Origin: Octopus sinensis
Taxonomy: Eukaryota
Reading direction: 5' to 3'
DNA length: 64,000 nucleotides
Assembly (NCBI RefSeq): GCF_006345805.1
Contig: NC_043011.1
Location: 52,526,464-52,590,463 of the forward strand
The position numbers were made by a program, and so were the translations under genes. This document shows, piece after piece, positions 50,870 through 62,493 of this stretch. Under the pieces are notes generated by a model. It was not told where the DNA came from, ran no database searches, and worked only from the letters and a program-made list of their open reading frames with translations. How positions within the stretch are numbered: the stretch's first letter is position 1; each line of letters opens with the position of its first letter.

Positions 50870-51715
50870 CAAGGTGTCCTAAAAGTCCCTATATACTTTC
50901 TTTTTTCTATTTTCTTTCAGATATCATTCAGAGAAACATGAGGCCGTCAGCATTTGACACCTTAGACTTTGAAGTTTTTGCAAGTGTATCATTCCCTTGC
51001 CCATGGCTCACCAATTGACGTTAGAGCAGTGCTGCAAAATTGCTGCCTGGCAAGAGGTTTTTCAGTCCCCTACTGCAATTCATCGCAAGTTTGAGAAGGT
51101 TTATGGCCATCACACTGCTCCAACGCATAGCACAATTTATGCTGTCCAAAGCAAGTTTCTCGAAAGAGGATTTGTTCTTGACAAACCACACAGCAGATGG
51201 CCTGCTACTACCACCATTGATGAAAACACCAAACTCCTAAAGTAGGTGTTTGTGAAAAGCCAGAGGACTGCACTTGAACTTAGCATCAACAAAAGCTTGA
51301 TTCAGCGGATACTTTGGTGAGTGATAAAGCTCTACCCGTACTAACGTCAGGTTGTTCAAAGGCTTCAAGTGGAAGATTATGATGCCCATGTGGAAATGTG
51401 TGAATCACTCCTCTAGCTTTACCAAAATGATTCTTAGTTCTTGGAAAACTTATGGTTCAACGATGAGCCTATCTTTCATCTCTCTGGTCGGGTAAACTGA
51501 CACAGTTGTTGAATTTGAGGAAAATCAAAACCAGCAGAAATTCTCGAACATGAACAAGACTCTCCAAAGCTGGTGGTATAGTGTGCCATGGGGCACGGGA
51601 ATGATACACTTACAGAAACTGCAAAGGTGTCATGCTGATGGTTTCATGTTTCTCTGAAGGATACCTGAAATGAAATAGAAAACAGAAAGTGTATAGTGAC
51701 TTTTGGGACACCCTG
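50870..51715 (+). mobile_element. Decayed IS630-Tc1-mariner element with ~100-bp TIRs
   Basis: ca(a/g)ggtgtcc(t/c)aaaagtc..ata.actttct TIRs extending to about cagagaaacatga..gcat..gacacctt; TA both sides; broken frames give an HTH-like start and WFNDEPIFHLSGRVN...EHEQDSPKL. Confidence 0.85.
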
Positions 51716-52145
51716 TAGTTTTGATTAAAATCTATACATATACTTTGTAGTAAATAAGTATTTTGTGATAATATTGTATATGATAAAGTGTAGAAATATT
51801 GCATCATGGATCTACAAACTAATCACTGGTACAGCATCATTGTATCTCTGAAAGTATGTCAGTAGTCAGGCTGTAGAGGAATGATGAAATTTTCTGATAT
51901 TTTACCATTATACAAGATAAAAAAAATAATGTAACAATAAATGTGTGTTGTAAATGGCTAGTATGAATCTTGCATGATGTATTTGTTATATATAAACATA
52001 CATACACACACATGTAAATAAGTTTATATTTAAAAAAAAAAAAGGCATTCATTAGCCATGCTGAGAACATTAAACAAATACTATTTAAGATTTTTTTTTA
52101 AGAACACAAAATCCGCATTTGTATCTTGTATTGAACAATGCAGTC

Positions 52146-52151
52146 AATAAA
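52146..52151 (+). promoter_or_regulatory. Candidate polyadenylation signal for PINCH
   Basis: AATAAA, then CA about 20 nt later, then a U/GU-rich tract (tttggtctttttatttattgtgtg). Other AATAAA hexamers occur earlier (around 48.5-48.9 kb), so use of this one is not established. Confidence 0.35.
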
Positions 52152-52213
52152 CAAAACTTTTGTTATTAATCAATTTGGTCTTTTTATTTATTGTGTGATA
52201 TATTATACTCGTA

Positions 52214-52511
52214 AGGCGCAATGGCCTACTGGTTAGGGCAGCGGACTCGCGGTCGTAGGATCGCGGTTTCAATTCCCAGACCGGGCGTTGTGAGTGTTTA
52301 TTGAGCGAAAACACCTAAAAGCTCCACGAGGCTCCGGCAGGGGGTGGTGATCCCTTCTGTACTCTTTCACCACTCTTTCTCCCACTCTTTCTTCTGTTGG
52401 CCTGCTCGCTTAGCCAGCAGGGTGGCGTCATTCGAAGGCTAAAACAATGCGAACGCATTGTGACCAGCGATGTGTAACTACATCTGATGGACTGGTCGTA
52501 AGAAAAAAAAA
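52214..52511 (+). mobile_element. tRNA(Arg)-like-headed SINE, family B, full length with A tail
   Basis: Head ggcgcaatggcctactggttagggcagcggacTCGcggtcgtaggatcgcggtttcaattccc; TSD atattatactc(g/a)ta at 52200-52213 and 52512-52525. Confidence 0.85.
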
Positions 52512-53839
52512 ATATTATACTCATAACTATAAGGGTATATGAGAGATATATTAATTGATATAATCCTTTAGCATCCAAATAATTTTGTCAAGTATAACGC
52601 TTATTTATTCAATTTGTTTTTTAATTAATCCTACTTTGTCATAGCTTCCCATAAGCACAAGGTTTTGATGATATGATTCTCTTTACTCTTTTTCTTGTTT
52701 CAGTCAGTTGACTGCGGCCATGCTGGAGCACCGCCTTTAGTCGAGCAACTCGACCCCGGGACTTATTCTTTTTGTAAGCCCAGTACTTATTCTATCGGTC
52801 TCTTTTGCCGAACTGCTAAGTGACGGGGACATAAACACACCAGCATCGGTTGTCAAGCAATGCTAGGGAGACAAACACAGACACACAAACATACAAACAC
52901 ACATATATATATATATATATACGCCATTTTAGAGTAAGTGTGAAAGGCGGGATTTGGATAGTTTGAATTTAAAACAGGTAGAATTTTGGGGCCTGATATG
53001 GTCAATTTAAATACAAATGGGTTAAGGGTATATAAGAGATGTATGGAGATATAAGAGTGATGAGTATAAGTATATGTGAGGGATATATTGAGAAAAGTTG
53101 TTTTATACATATGGGTGCAGGGGTATGTGAGTGATAAACTAAGATATCATAGTGATAGATATAGGGGTATGTGAGAGATCATCATCATTATCAGCAACAT
53201 TTAACATCAGTTTTCCATGGGATGGACAGCCTGACAGGAACTGGCAAGGTCAGGAGCAGCACCAGGTTCCATAGTCTGTTTTGATTTGATTTCTATGGCT
53301 GGATGCGCTAACACCAATCACTTTACAGAGCGTACTGGTTACTTTTTACACAGCACCATTACCAACGGTCTACTGAGAGAAGTATTTTATTGATCAGTAC
53401 TGGCATATGTGAGTGACGTACCGATGTTATCATCATCGTTTAGCGTCCGCTTTCCATGCTAGCATGGATTGGACGGTTCAACTGGGGTCTGGGAAGCCAG
53501 AAGGCTACACCAGGCCCAGTCTGATCTGGCAATGTTTCTACAGCTGGATGCCCTTCCTAACGCCAACCACTCTGTGAGTATAGTGGGTGCTTTTTACGTG
53601 CCACCGGCACAGGTGCCAGACAAGGCTGGCAAACGGTCACAATCAGATGGTGCTTTTTATGTGCCACCGGCACGGGAGCCAGGCGAGGCTGGTAACGGCC
53701 ACAAACGGATGGTGCTTTTTATGTGCCACCGGCATACAATAATAATAAAGGACGTTATATAGACCTCCTTGACTGTTTGTTTGATAGTGACAATCATTTA
53801 CAACTACCATGCAATGTCAAGATAAGGGGGACACACGGA

Positions 53840-54460
53840 CACACATGTACCTTGAGAGAAAAGTTGGACCTAAGAAGCATCAGTTGTGGTGTGCAAGAGA
53901 GACGATTGTGCTGGTATAGTCATGTGGCGAGAATGGATGAGGATAGCTGTGTGAGAAAGTGCCACACCCTAGTGGTTGAGGGAACCTGTGGAAGAGGTAG
54001 ACCCAGGAAGACCTGGGATGAGTTGGTGAAGCACAACCTTCGAACATTAGGCCTCACCAAGGCAATGACTAGTGACCGAGAGCTTTGGAAATATGCTGTG
54101 CTTGAGAAGACCCGGCAAGACAAGTGAGACCATAACCCATGGCCTTTACCAGGTGTGTAGCCAGCCCACTTATGCGTATCTTTCCTTCTTTGGACACAAA
54201 ACTCTGCTTGCGAAGACCTGTTGGAGCAAGTGAAATCGAAATCGAACCAAATTAGACAATTGGCACCCATGCCAACATTCCTTCATTGGACACTGAACTC
54301 TGCTTGTGAAGACCTGTTGGAGCAAGTGAAATTGAAACTGAACCAAATTCGATGACTGGCACCAGTGCCAGTGGAGCGCTAACAGCTCCATCCGAGCGGG
54401 ATCACTGCCAGAGCAGCTGCCTGGCTTCCGTGCCAGTGGCACATGAAAAGCACCATGTGA
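53840..54460 (+). mobile_element. 3' fragment of the same RTE family (ORF end plus proximal 3' UTR)
   Basis: Encodes LDLRSISCGVQERRLCWYSHVARM...GRGRPRKTW...EKTRQDK*, matching the C-terminus of 31610-32287. Confidence 0.88.
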
Positions 54461-55426
54461 GTAGATTGGGTAGATAGAAACTGAAAGAAGTCCACCATAT
54501 ATGTCATCATTTAGTGTCTGTTTTCCATGCTACCATGGGCAAGACAACCGTCTTATCCATGACGAGCTGGACTGGGCTCCAGTCTGATTTGGTTTAGTTT
54601 CTACAGCTGGATGCCCATCCTAATACCAACCATGACTACGATCTCACTTAGCTTGATGTGTTTTCTCAAGCACAACAAATCACCAAAGGTCTCAATCACT
54701 TGTCATCTTCTCTGCGACACTCAACATCCAAAGATCATAATTCACCACCTTGTCCCATGACTTCCTGCGTTCACCTCTTTCACAGGTTTGTATGTTTGTA
54801 TATATAGGTATCTAGGAAGGGCATCCAGCCATAGAAACCATGCCAAATCAGACTGGACTCTGGTGCAGCTCCCAGCTTGTCAGCTCTGGTCAAACCATCC
54901 AACCCATGTCAGCATGGAAAGCAGACGTTAATATATATATATATATATATTTTTAATTTTTTATTACATACATACATATGAGCTTTTAGTTTTCATCTCT
55001 CAAATCTAATCACAAGACTAGTTGGCCCAAAGCTATAGTTAAAGACACTGGTCCAAGATGCCACACAGTAGGACTGAGCCTGGAACCACATGGTTCAGAA
55101 GCAAACTTTTTATTATACTGCCATGCCTGATAACAATAGTTTCATTACATAATGGCTGCTAATTAAAGATGCCTAAAATTTTGTCCAATCTTCCTCATCT
55201 CTTTAAATTCCTTCTTACACAATGGACATGAAATATTCATATTATCTCACAGTTTTTGGGACTAATCACAAGCACACACCAACAAGATGTAATCACACAC
55301 TATAGTTACTGCATTTACAAGAAATAGTTTAGAGCAGATATCTTCTATAAGCCTTGGGCTAAGCAATGCCTCTAAGTGGAACAGGTAGACGGTAACTGTA
55401 TGGAAGCCATTGTGCAACACACACAC

Positions 55427-55465
<39 letters not shown>

Positions 55466-55492
55466 ATATGTTACAATTTATTCAATAGTCAA

Positions 55493-55554
55493 GAAAAAAC
55501 TCTTGAGTTTCGGATGCCGAAGTGGAAATCCACAACACCATCTCTTCGGTTATC
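55493..55554 (-). ncRNA. Hammerhead-like motif (U4C core variant)
   Basis: gataa CCGAAGA GATG gtgtt GTGG attt CCAC ttcgg CATC c GAAA ctc aa gag TT / ttttc. Confidence 0.5.
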
Positions 55555-56380
55555 TGACCATCTGAAAAACGGTATGAAAAAATACCGTTATATAAAGGGA
55601 AATTACTGTGTTATAATTCCGCTACTTATATAAATTAAGATTAAAAGTTCATAGTAAACTATTGAATAATATTATTATTTTATAGATAAATTTCCTCTAT
55701 TTACATAATATTGAGGTCTCTTTCTTCCTTTTGTTATCTTACCGTTTTTACCAATATATATATATATATTTAAATAATAAGAGTGAAAAATTTAATATAA
55801 ATTTGATTAATATCAATTTAAAACCAGTGGCCTAGCATATTGAAAAATCTGAAGATTCAGAAAAATTATATTCCATACATATAAGAAGGATGACCACTAA
55901 TAAAGATTAATCTTTATATTTTGTATCTTTTCATTTGTTTTGCTCACTTAGGTTGTGGCGTTTGCTGAATTTTCTTAGTGTTCAGACCATATGGGGTCTA
56001 CATCTAGCATAATGGACGTCCACTTAGTGGTCATCCCTCTTATATGTATATATATAAATATATTATATGAGAGAGAGAGGGAGAGACATGCACATGTATG
56101 TATACTTGAATGCACACAGTTGCTTTGTGCTTTTGAAAACCAGTGAAATGGAAAAAAAAAGCCCTTACTTGAAAAACAGGTAAGTGTTGACAGGAAAAAG
56201 CATCCAGCAACAAAATGCTGCTTCAAACTGTATCTGCTTAACCCTTTGTAAAAAACAGACAATAAATGTGTGTGAGAGTGATAGGAAGTTGGATTTGAAG
56301 AAATGCAAGTGATTACCTCAGTCAGCACTCCATGCAAAAAACCTGGCTAATGAAGATGAGAATCCATTGAGGTTAAATCC

Positions 56381-56571
56381 ATCATCATCATCATCATTGT
56401 TTAACATCCGTTTTCCGCGCTAGCACGGATTGGACAGTTCGACCGAGGTTTGGGAAGCCAGGGGCTGCACCAGGCTCCAGTCTGATCTGGCAGAGATTCT
56501 ACAACTGGATGCCCTTCCTAACACCAACCACTCCGTGTTAGGAAGGGCATCCAGCTGTAGAAACTCTGCCA
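56381..56571 (-). mobile_element. RTE 3'-end element with fold-back inverted end
   Basis: Tail at left; 37-bp inverted arms 56488-56524 and 56535-56571. Confidence 0.8.
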
Positions 56572-56889
56572 TACAAACTGTAAATTCAAAGAGATTCACT
56601 AATTAATTGGCTGGTACACTTATTGCAGAGTATAATGGCAATCGGACTGAAAAATGAAGATGCCATTACATAACTTCATTCAAAGTTACAATCGTTTTGA
56701 ATGGCTAGAGAGACTCTTTCATTGCTATACATTGCTTTGTATGCATTATTAGTTTATTAATTAATCAATTCAATAGTTTGTCCTCAACCATTCTCATCAG
56801 ATCTTAAAAGTAATTATGGTAGATTTTCAGAGTTTCCAAAAAGCAAATACTGAGGTGGAGGAAGGCTTGTATAGTATCAGGGTTATAAA

Positions 56890-57017
56890 GGCGCAATGGC
56901 CCAGTGGTTAGGGCAGCGGACTCATGGTCGTAGGATCGTGGTTTCGATTCCCAGTATGGGCATTATGAGTGTTTATTGAGCAAAAACACCTAGCCCCTTG
57001 TGGGTAGTAAAGAAATA
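56890..57017 (+). mobile_element. Chimeric SINE: family B head joined to family C 3' tail
   Basis: 11-bp TSD agggttataaa at 56879-56889 and 57018-57028. First ~100 nt match 52214 onward; the last ~27 nt match the reverse complement of the tail at ~38270-38295. Confidence 0.8.
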
Positions 57018-57330
57018 AGGGTTATAAACATCAAGAATTCTCCATTCGGACAATACAATTCATAGAGATTGCAGATGACTGACATCAAATTAGCTTCTTT
57101 GATATACACTTGTCAATGTTATGAACTTTTCAATGTCACAGCCCCTGACGGGTCAAGATGTCATTAAATTTTGGAAGTATGTTAACACAATGTATACAGG
57201 AAAAGGAAATTCACTGCTGTAAACAGTGGAAGGGTAGTGTGCAGCTATATTAATACAGAGAAGAAATTTGAAAGTAATTAAATGCTGAAAAAAGGGGGTA
57301 TGGGTGAGGGTTCTACAGCGTGTATAATAA

Positions 57331-57717
57331 ACTCTTTTCACTCTTTTACTTGTTTCAGTCATTTGACTGCGGCCATGCTGGAGCACCGCCTTTAATCGAG
57401 CAACTCGACCCCGGGACTTATTCTTTTGTAAGCCCGGTACTTATTCTATCGGTCTCTTTTGCCGAACCGCTAAGTAACGGGAACATAAACACATCAGCAT
57501 CGGTTGTCAAGCAATGCTAGGGGGACAAACACGTATATATATATACATATATACGACAGGCTTCTTTCAGTTTCCGTCTACCAAATCCACTCACAAGGCT
57601 TTGGTCGGCCCGGGGCTATAGTAGAAGACACTTGCCCAAGGTGCCACGCAGTGGGACTGAACCCGGAACCATGTGGTTGGTAAACAAGCTACTTACCACG
57701 TAGCCACTCCTGTGCCT
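57331..57717 (-). mobile_element. SINE family A
   Basis: Full-length reverse-complement copy with little divergence. Confidence 0.85.
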
Positions 57718-57949
57718 ATATAAAAATTATAAATTATTGCCTATTTCTATAGTACATACCAAAAATATTAGGTTTACTACAGTTAAATTAAATTGCAATA
57801 AATTAGCTGCAACAGTTAAGGGTTAGTTAACAAATTACTTAAGAAATAAGTACTTGATATGTTACAAAAGAGAACATTCAAGCAGTGAGTAGGAGAATCC
57901 ATAAGAAGAGAACACAGGTATTAATCTTTATTAGACTTAGTTGTTATAC

Positions 57950-58324
57950 ACTTTCATTTGTTTCAGTCATTTGACTGTGGCCATGCTGGAGCACTGCCTT
58001 TAGACAAACAAATCGGCCCCAAATAAGCTTAGTACTTACTCTATCAATCTCTTTTGCCAACCCGTTAAGTTACAGGGACATAAACACACCAACATCAGTT
58101 GTCAAGTGATGGTGGGGGGACAAACGCAAACACACAAATACATACAGACATAAATATATTCGACGGGCTTCTTTCACTTTCCATCCACCAAATCCACTCA
58201 CAAGGCTTTAGTTGACCCGAGGCTATAGTAGAAGACACTTGCCCAAGGTGCCATGCAGTGAGACTGAACCTGGAACTATGTGGTTGGAAAGCAAGCTTCT
58301 TACCACATAGCCATTCCTGTGCCT
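57950..58324 (-). mobile_element. SINE family A, more diverged
   Basis: Reverse-complement copy. Confidence 0.8.
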
Positions 58325-60876
58325 ATATATGAAGGATTTTTATGTGGAAATTTTAAGAAGGTGAACAAATCAATAACATATCATGCTTATTTATTAAATT
58401 GCATCTACAATTGAGAATTTCCAGTGCTTCTACTGAGCACAAATTGCAGCAACAACTGCCCACTCTCCACAAAAGAGAATAGTCTATAGTCCTCCCTTTG
58501 AGGTCTAGATGAATTTAGTCAACAAATGCAGATATTTTTCTTTTGCATTTAAAAGAAGGAACATGGTTCTCTAAATTTTGCTTTCGTAATTTATATTGGT
58601 TTAGTTGTTTATTATAGTAGTTCCCTCAGTTGTATGGAGTGTTACAATTGTTCCCAAGGTTAAACTTCTAATGATTATGCTTCATCTTTTTGTATGCGTC
58701 TAATTGGGAGGTGGGGGCAATCTCTGAATTATCCAGATAATACCAGGACACCCATGAGAAACAATAGTTATTTAGACAATTTGGTTTTTTTATAAGGAAA
58801 GTAATTTCCATTGCTCACTATGTAGACTGTTTTATTTTTTCTACCACTGTCCATGTCATAAGCAATCCTATTCTCATGTCTGTTATTGTAATAATTCATA
58901 CTGCCTTGATGTTATTACATCTATGCTCTAGCAAGTGTATTCTAATGTTCTTAGTATTTTCTCTGCATTTCATTTAGGAATATAGCTGATCTTCTCAGTA
59001 TATCATGCCTTCTGATATCAGCATTATAATATTCTGTATTCTGTAAGAAAACTTCATTAAGAGATAGTCTAGGTACTCTGAATGAGACACTGAATTTAAT
59101 CACACCTTTAGGATGGTTTGAGCTTTTATTGATATATTGTAGTTTTCCACTGGGTTTGTGTTACAGATGATAAAGTCCAGTACCTAGGTCTAAAGTTCTA
59201 AAGTTATCTGCAGAAAGTTAACTATTTTATAGTCACTACTAAAGAGATGAAGTCCTGTGTTTGTCAAAAAAATCTAAGTTTTTATAGAAAGTGAACAGAG
59301 CATTTCCCTATCCCACCCCATCTCTGGGAACTCCTAATTGACATAGTGTAAAATGTAAATACCCACTAGATCTGTAACTTGTGCTGAGTCATTTGATCCC
59401 ATGGTTATATCAAAATTGCTGAGTCTATCTTTTCTAGTCCTGTATTTAACCTTGAATTCAATAATCACTTTTCTAACCACTAATATTGTATGCATAGATG
59501 GTTGTAAAATTTTCATAGCAAAAATAAGAGCCTTGTTGGGGAGGGTGGTGGTAATAAAAGAGTAATAGATAGGTTTCTATTTGTATAAATTTAGTAAGCT
59601 TTCTATTTTTCTATGGCCTTAAACCAATCAATTGCTTTGAAGTTTGACAAGTTTAGTTCAATTTTACTTATAAGCACACATAATCATCATCATTTAGCGT
59701 CCGCTTTCCATGCTAGCATGGGTTGGATGGTTCAACTGGGGTCTGGGAAGCCAGAAGGCTGCACTAGGCCCAGTCTGATTTGGCAATGTTTTTACGGCTG
59801 GATGCCCTTCCTAATGCCAACCACTCCGAGAGTGTAGTGGGTGATTTTTACGTGCCAGACGAGGCTGGTAAACGGCCACGATCGGATGGTGCTTTTTACG
59901 TGCCACTGGCAAGGAGGCCAGGCAAGGCTGGCAACGACTACGGATGGAGCTTTTTATGTGCCACCGGCACAGAGGTCAGTCGGGGCAGTGCTGGCAATGG
60001 CCACGTTCGGATGGTTCTCTTATGTGCCACTCTAGGCAAATATCTCAATCATTACTCCATGCAGAAAACTGGGCTAACAGAATGTCAGAAGATAAGAATC
60101 TGTATAGGCTAAATCCATAGAACATTCCATACAAACTGTAAATCCAAGGAGAATCACTAATATATACCCAAGGTGATTGAAAAGTAACTCCCTTTTTTTA
60201 AATACTGATAAATTATTTACTAATTGTAATTTTAAGAAAAAAAATTGATATAAAAGGAAGGCTTTTTTAGTATGAGGTTTTATTTAAAATTCAAAAAACA
60301 AAAAAAATATTGGGAAGAAAATTATAATTAATAAATAATTTATAAGTATTTTAAAATAAGGGAGTTACTCTTCAATCACCCTGCATATATAGATATAAAT
60401 ACACACAAACACATGCATCATCGAGCAGTATATTACTAGTTACAGCATATAACTGGTCAGAATGTTACCATAGGTTTCATGTCAACTATCCCACTTGACA
60501 ATACTGACAACACTTCAAATATGCTGGGTGGAAATTCCCACTTTACATGCATGCATACATACACGTGTGTGTATGAAACAGTCAAGCCTATGCCAGCAAG
60601 GAAAATGAATGTTAAATGATTATGGTGTGTGTATATGCACGCATGCATGCGTGTAGGTGTTTAACAGAGATGGCTTTAATTCAGAATAATTTGCACCTGA
60701 TTTCACATCTATATGCTTCTGTTCCTCAGTTTTTCAAGCCATGATTAATAAGACTGTCTCAAAGAAATTTTATTGGTAAATGACAGTGAATAGGTCTTCT
60801 GGGTGTATTTGCAGATTACAGGATCAATGTACCAACTTACTTCACAATGAAGGATTTCTTGCACATTTTACATTTA

Positions 60877-61202
60877 CAGTAATCTCTTGGCTATCGCGGG
60901 TCTTATGTTCCAAAACCTCCTACAGAAATAATTAAAATCTAAACAAATATAAATACCTATTGGCCACAGAAACCTGCAATATACTGAGGAGTCCATGATA
61001 TAAATTTACATATATTAGCTAGAAGAATCTACGATGTACTGAGCACGCGATAAGTGAACCGCAATGTACTGAGTGCATGATAAGTGAACCACGATGTACT
61101 GAACGCACAATAAGTGAACCGCAATGTACTGAGTGCACGATAGGTGAACTGTGATGTACTGAGTGCACGATAGGTGAACTGCGATATGGCGAGGGATGAT
61201 TG
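60877..61202. mobile_element. pogo/Tigger-like MITE with five 30-bp subterminal repeats (61031-61180)
   Basis: TA cagtaatctcttggctatcgc ... gcgatatggcgagggatgattg TA; unit about gcgatgtactgagtgcacgataagtgaacc. Confidence 0.7.
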
Positions 61203-61678
61203 TATATAGTTTTAGTCCATTGTCTATTCAACTGTTGACTACCATTTTATGATTCACAAACAAGGTTTTCCTAGACATTTTAATGACTTTTTTTCTCAGA
61301 TGTGCACATTTGTAAACCACAAGATGAGTATTCTAAGAGAGTTTCTCAACCATTTTTTTACCTATGAACCCCTTTGATTTCTATTTTACTTGGATGGACC
61401 CACATGGCCATTTGAAGGTTAAAAAATCCCATTATAGTTTTATAATTAAATATTACTTTCAAATTTCAGAACAAGACCAGCAATTTTAAGGAAGGGAGCT
61501 AGTTGATTACATCAACCCCAGTGCTCAACTGGTACTTATTTTATCAACCCTGAAAGGATGAAGGGCAAAAATCAATCAACCTTGGCAGAATTTGAACTTA
61601 GATTGGAAAGACAGACCAAATGCTTTTAAGCATTTTGCCCAGTGTGCTAATGATTTTGACAGCTAGCTGTCTTTCTAT

Positions 61679-62056
61679 ACTCCTTACTCTTTTACTGGTT
61701 TCAGTCATTTGACTGCAGCCATGCTGGAGCACTGCCTTTAGTTGAGCAAATCAACCCCAGGACTTATTCTATCAGACTATTTTGCCAAACCGCTAAGTTA
61801 CGGGGACGTAAACACACCAGCATCAGTTGTCAAGCGATGTTGGGGGGACAAACACAGACACACAAACATATACACACACACATACATATATACGACGGGC
61901 TTCTTTCAGTTTCAGTCTACCAAATCCACTCACAAGGCTTTGGTCGGCCTGAGGCTATAGTAGAAGACACTTGCCCAAGGTGCTACACAGTGGGACTGAA
62001 CCTGGAACCATGTGGTTCGTAAGCAAGCTACTTACCACACAGCCACTCCTATGCCT
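61679..62056 (-). mobile_element. SINE family A downstream of the ZNF gene
   Basis: Full-length reverse-complement copy. Confidence 0.85.
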
Positions 62057-62493
62057 ATAATTTATTATAATTAGAAATTGTGCAAAAAAAAAAATTGTTA
62101 AAATATTTTGTGTATTGAAGTATAACCAATTTATTGCAGATAAAGTTTAATAACAAACTCTTATTTATATGGACTTTCGTTGGGAACCACTTTTCTAAGA
62201 ACAATTTCATATATATTCTCCTCTTTGGATTTCTTAGTTAACAAATTTTAACCATCTAGCATTCAGATTACTATCAAGCGTAACACTTATTTGTTCACAT
62301 TGTTTTGAATTAACCATGCATTATCTTGTAGCTTAGAGACATTTTCATTGTGATTGCTTAGTTTTAGAAAGACATTGTAAGATAGGTGACAGGCCTCATC
62401 TGGCCAGTTTTAACATAAAACTGGTTGAATATGTAGGTCGGATATGGCCGATTTGAATGCCAAAGAGTTAACTTGCAACAAAAGAAGGATTTT

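Noticed and set aside
52214-52290. tRNA-Arg(TCG) gene
   Set aside because: The cloverleaf does not close properly and the sequence continues as a SINE body with A tail and TSD.
58600-59520. Possible very old CR1/L2-like LINE remnant on the minus strand
   Set aside because: Only faint motif echoes with many stops; cannot be supported without a profile search.
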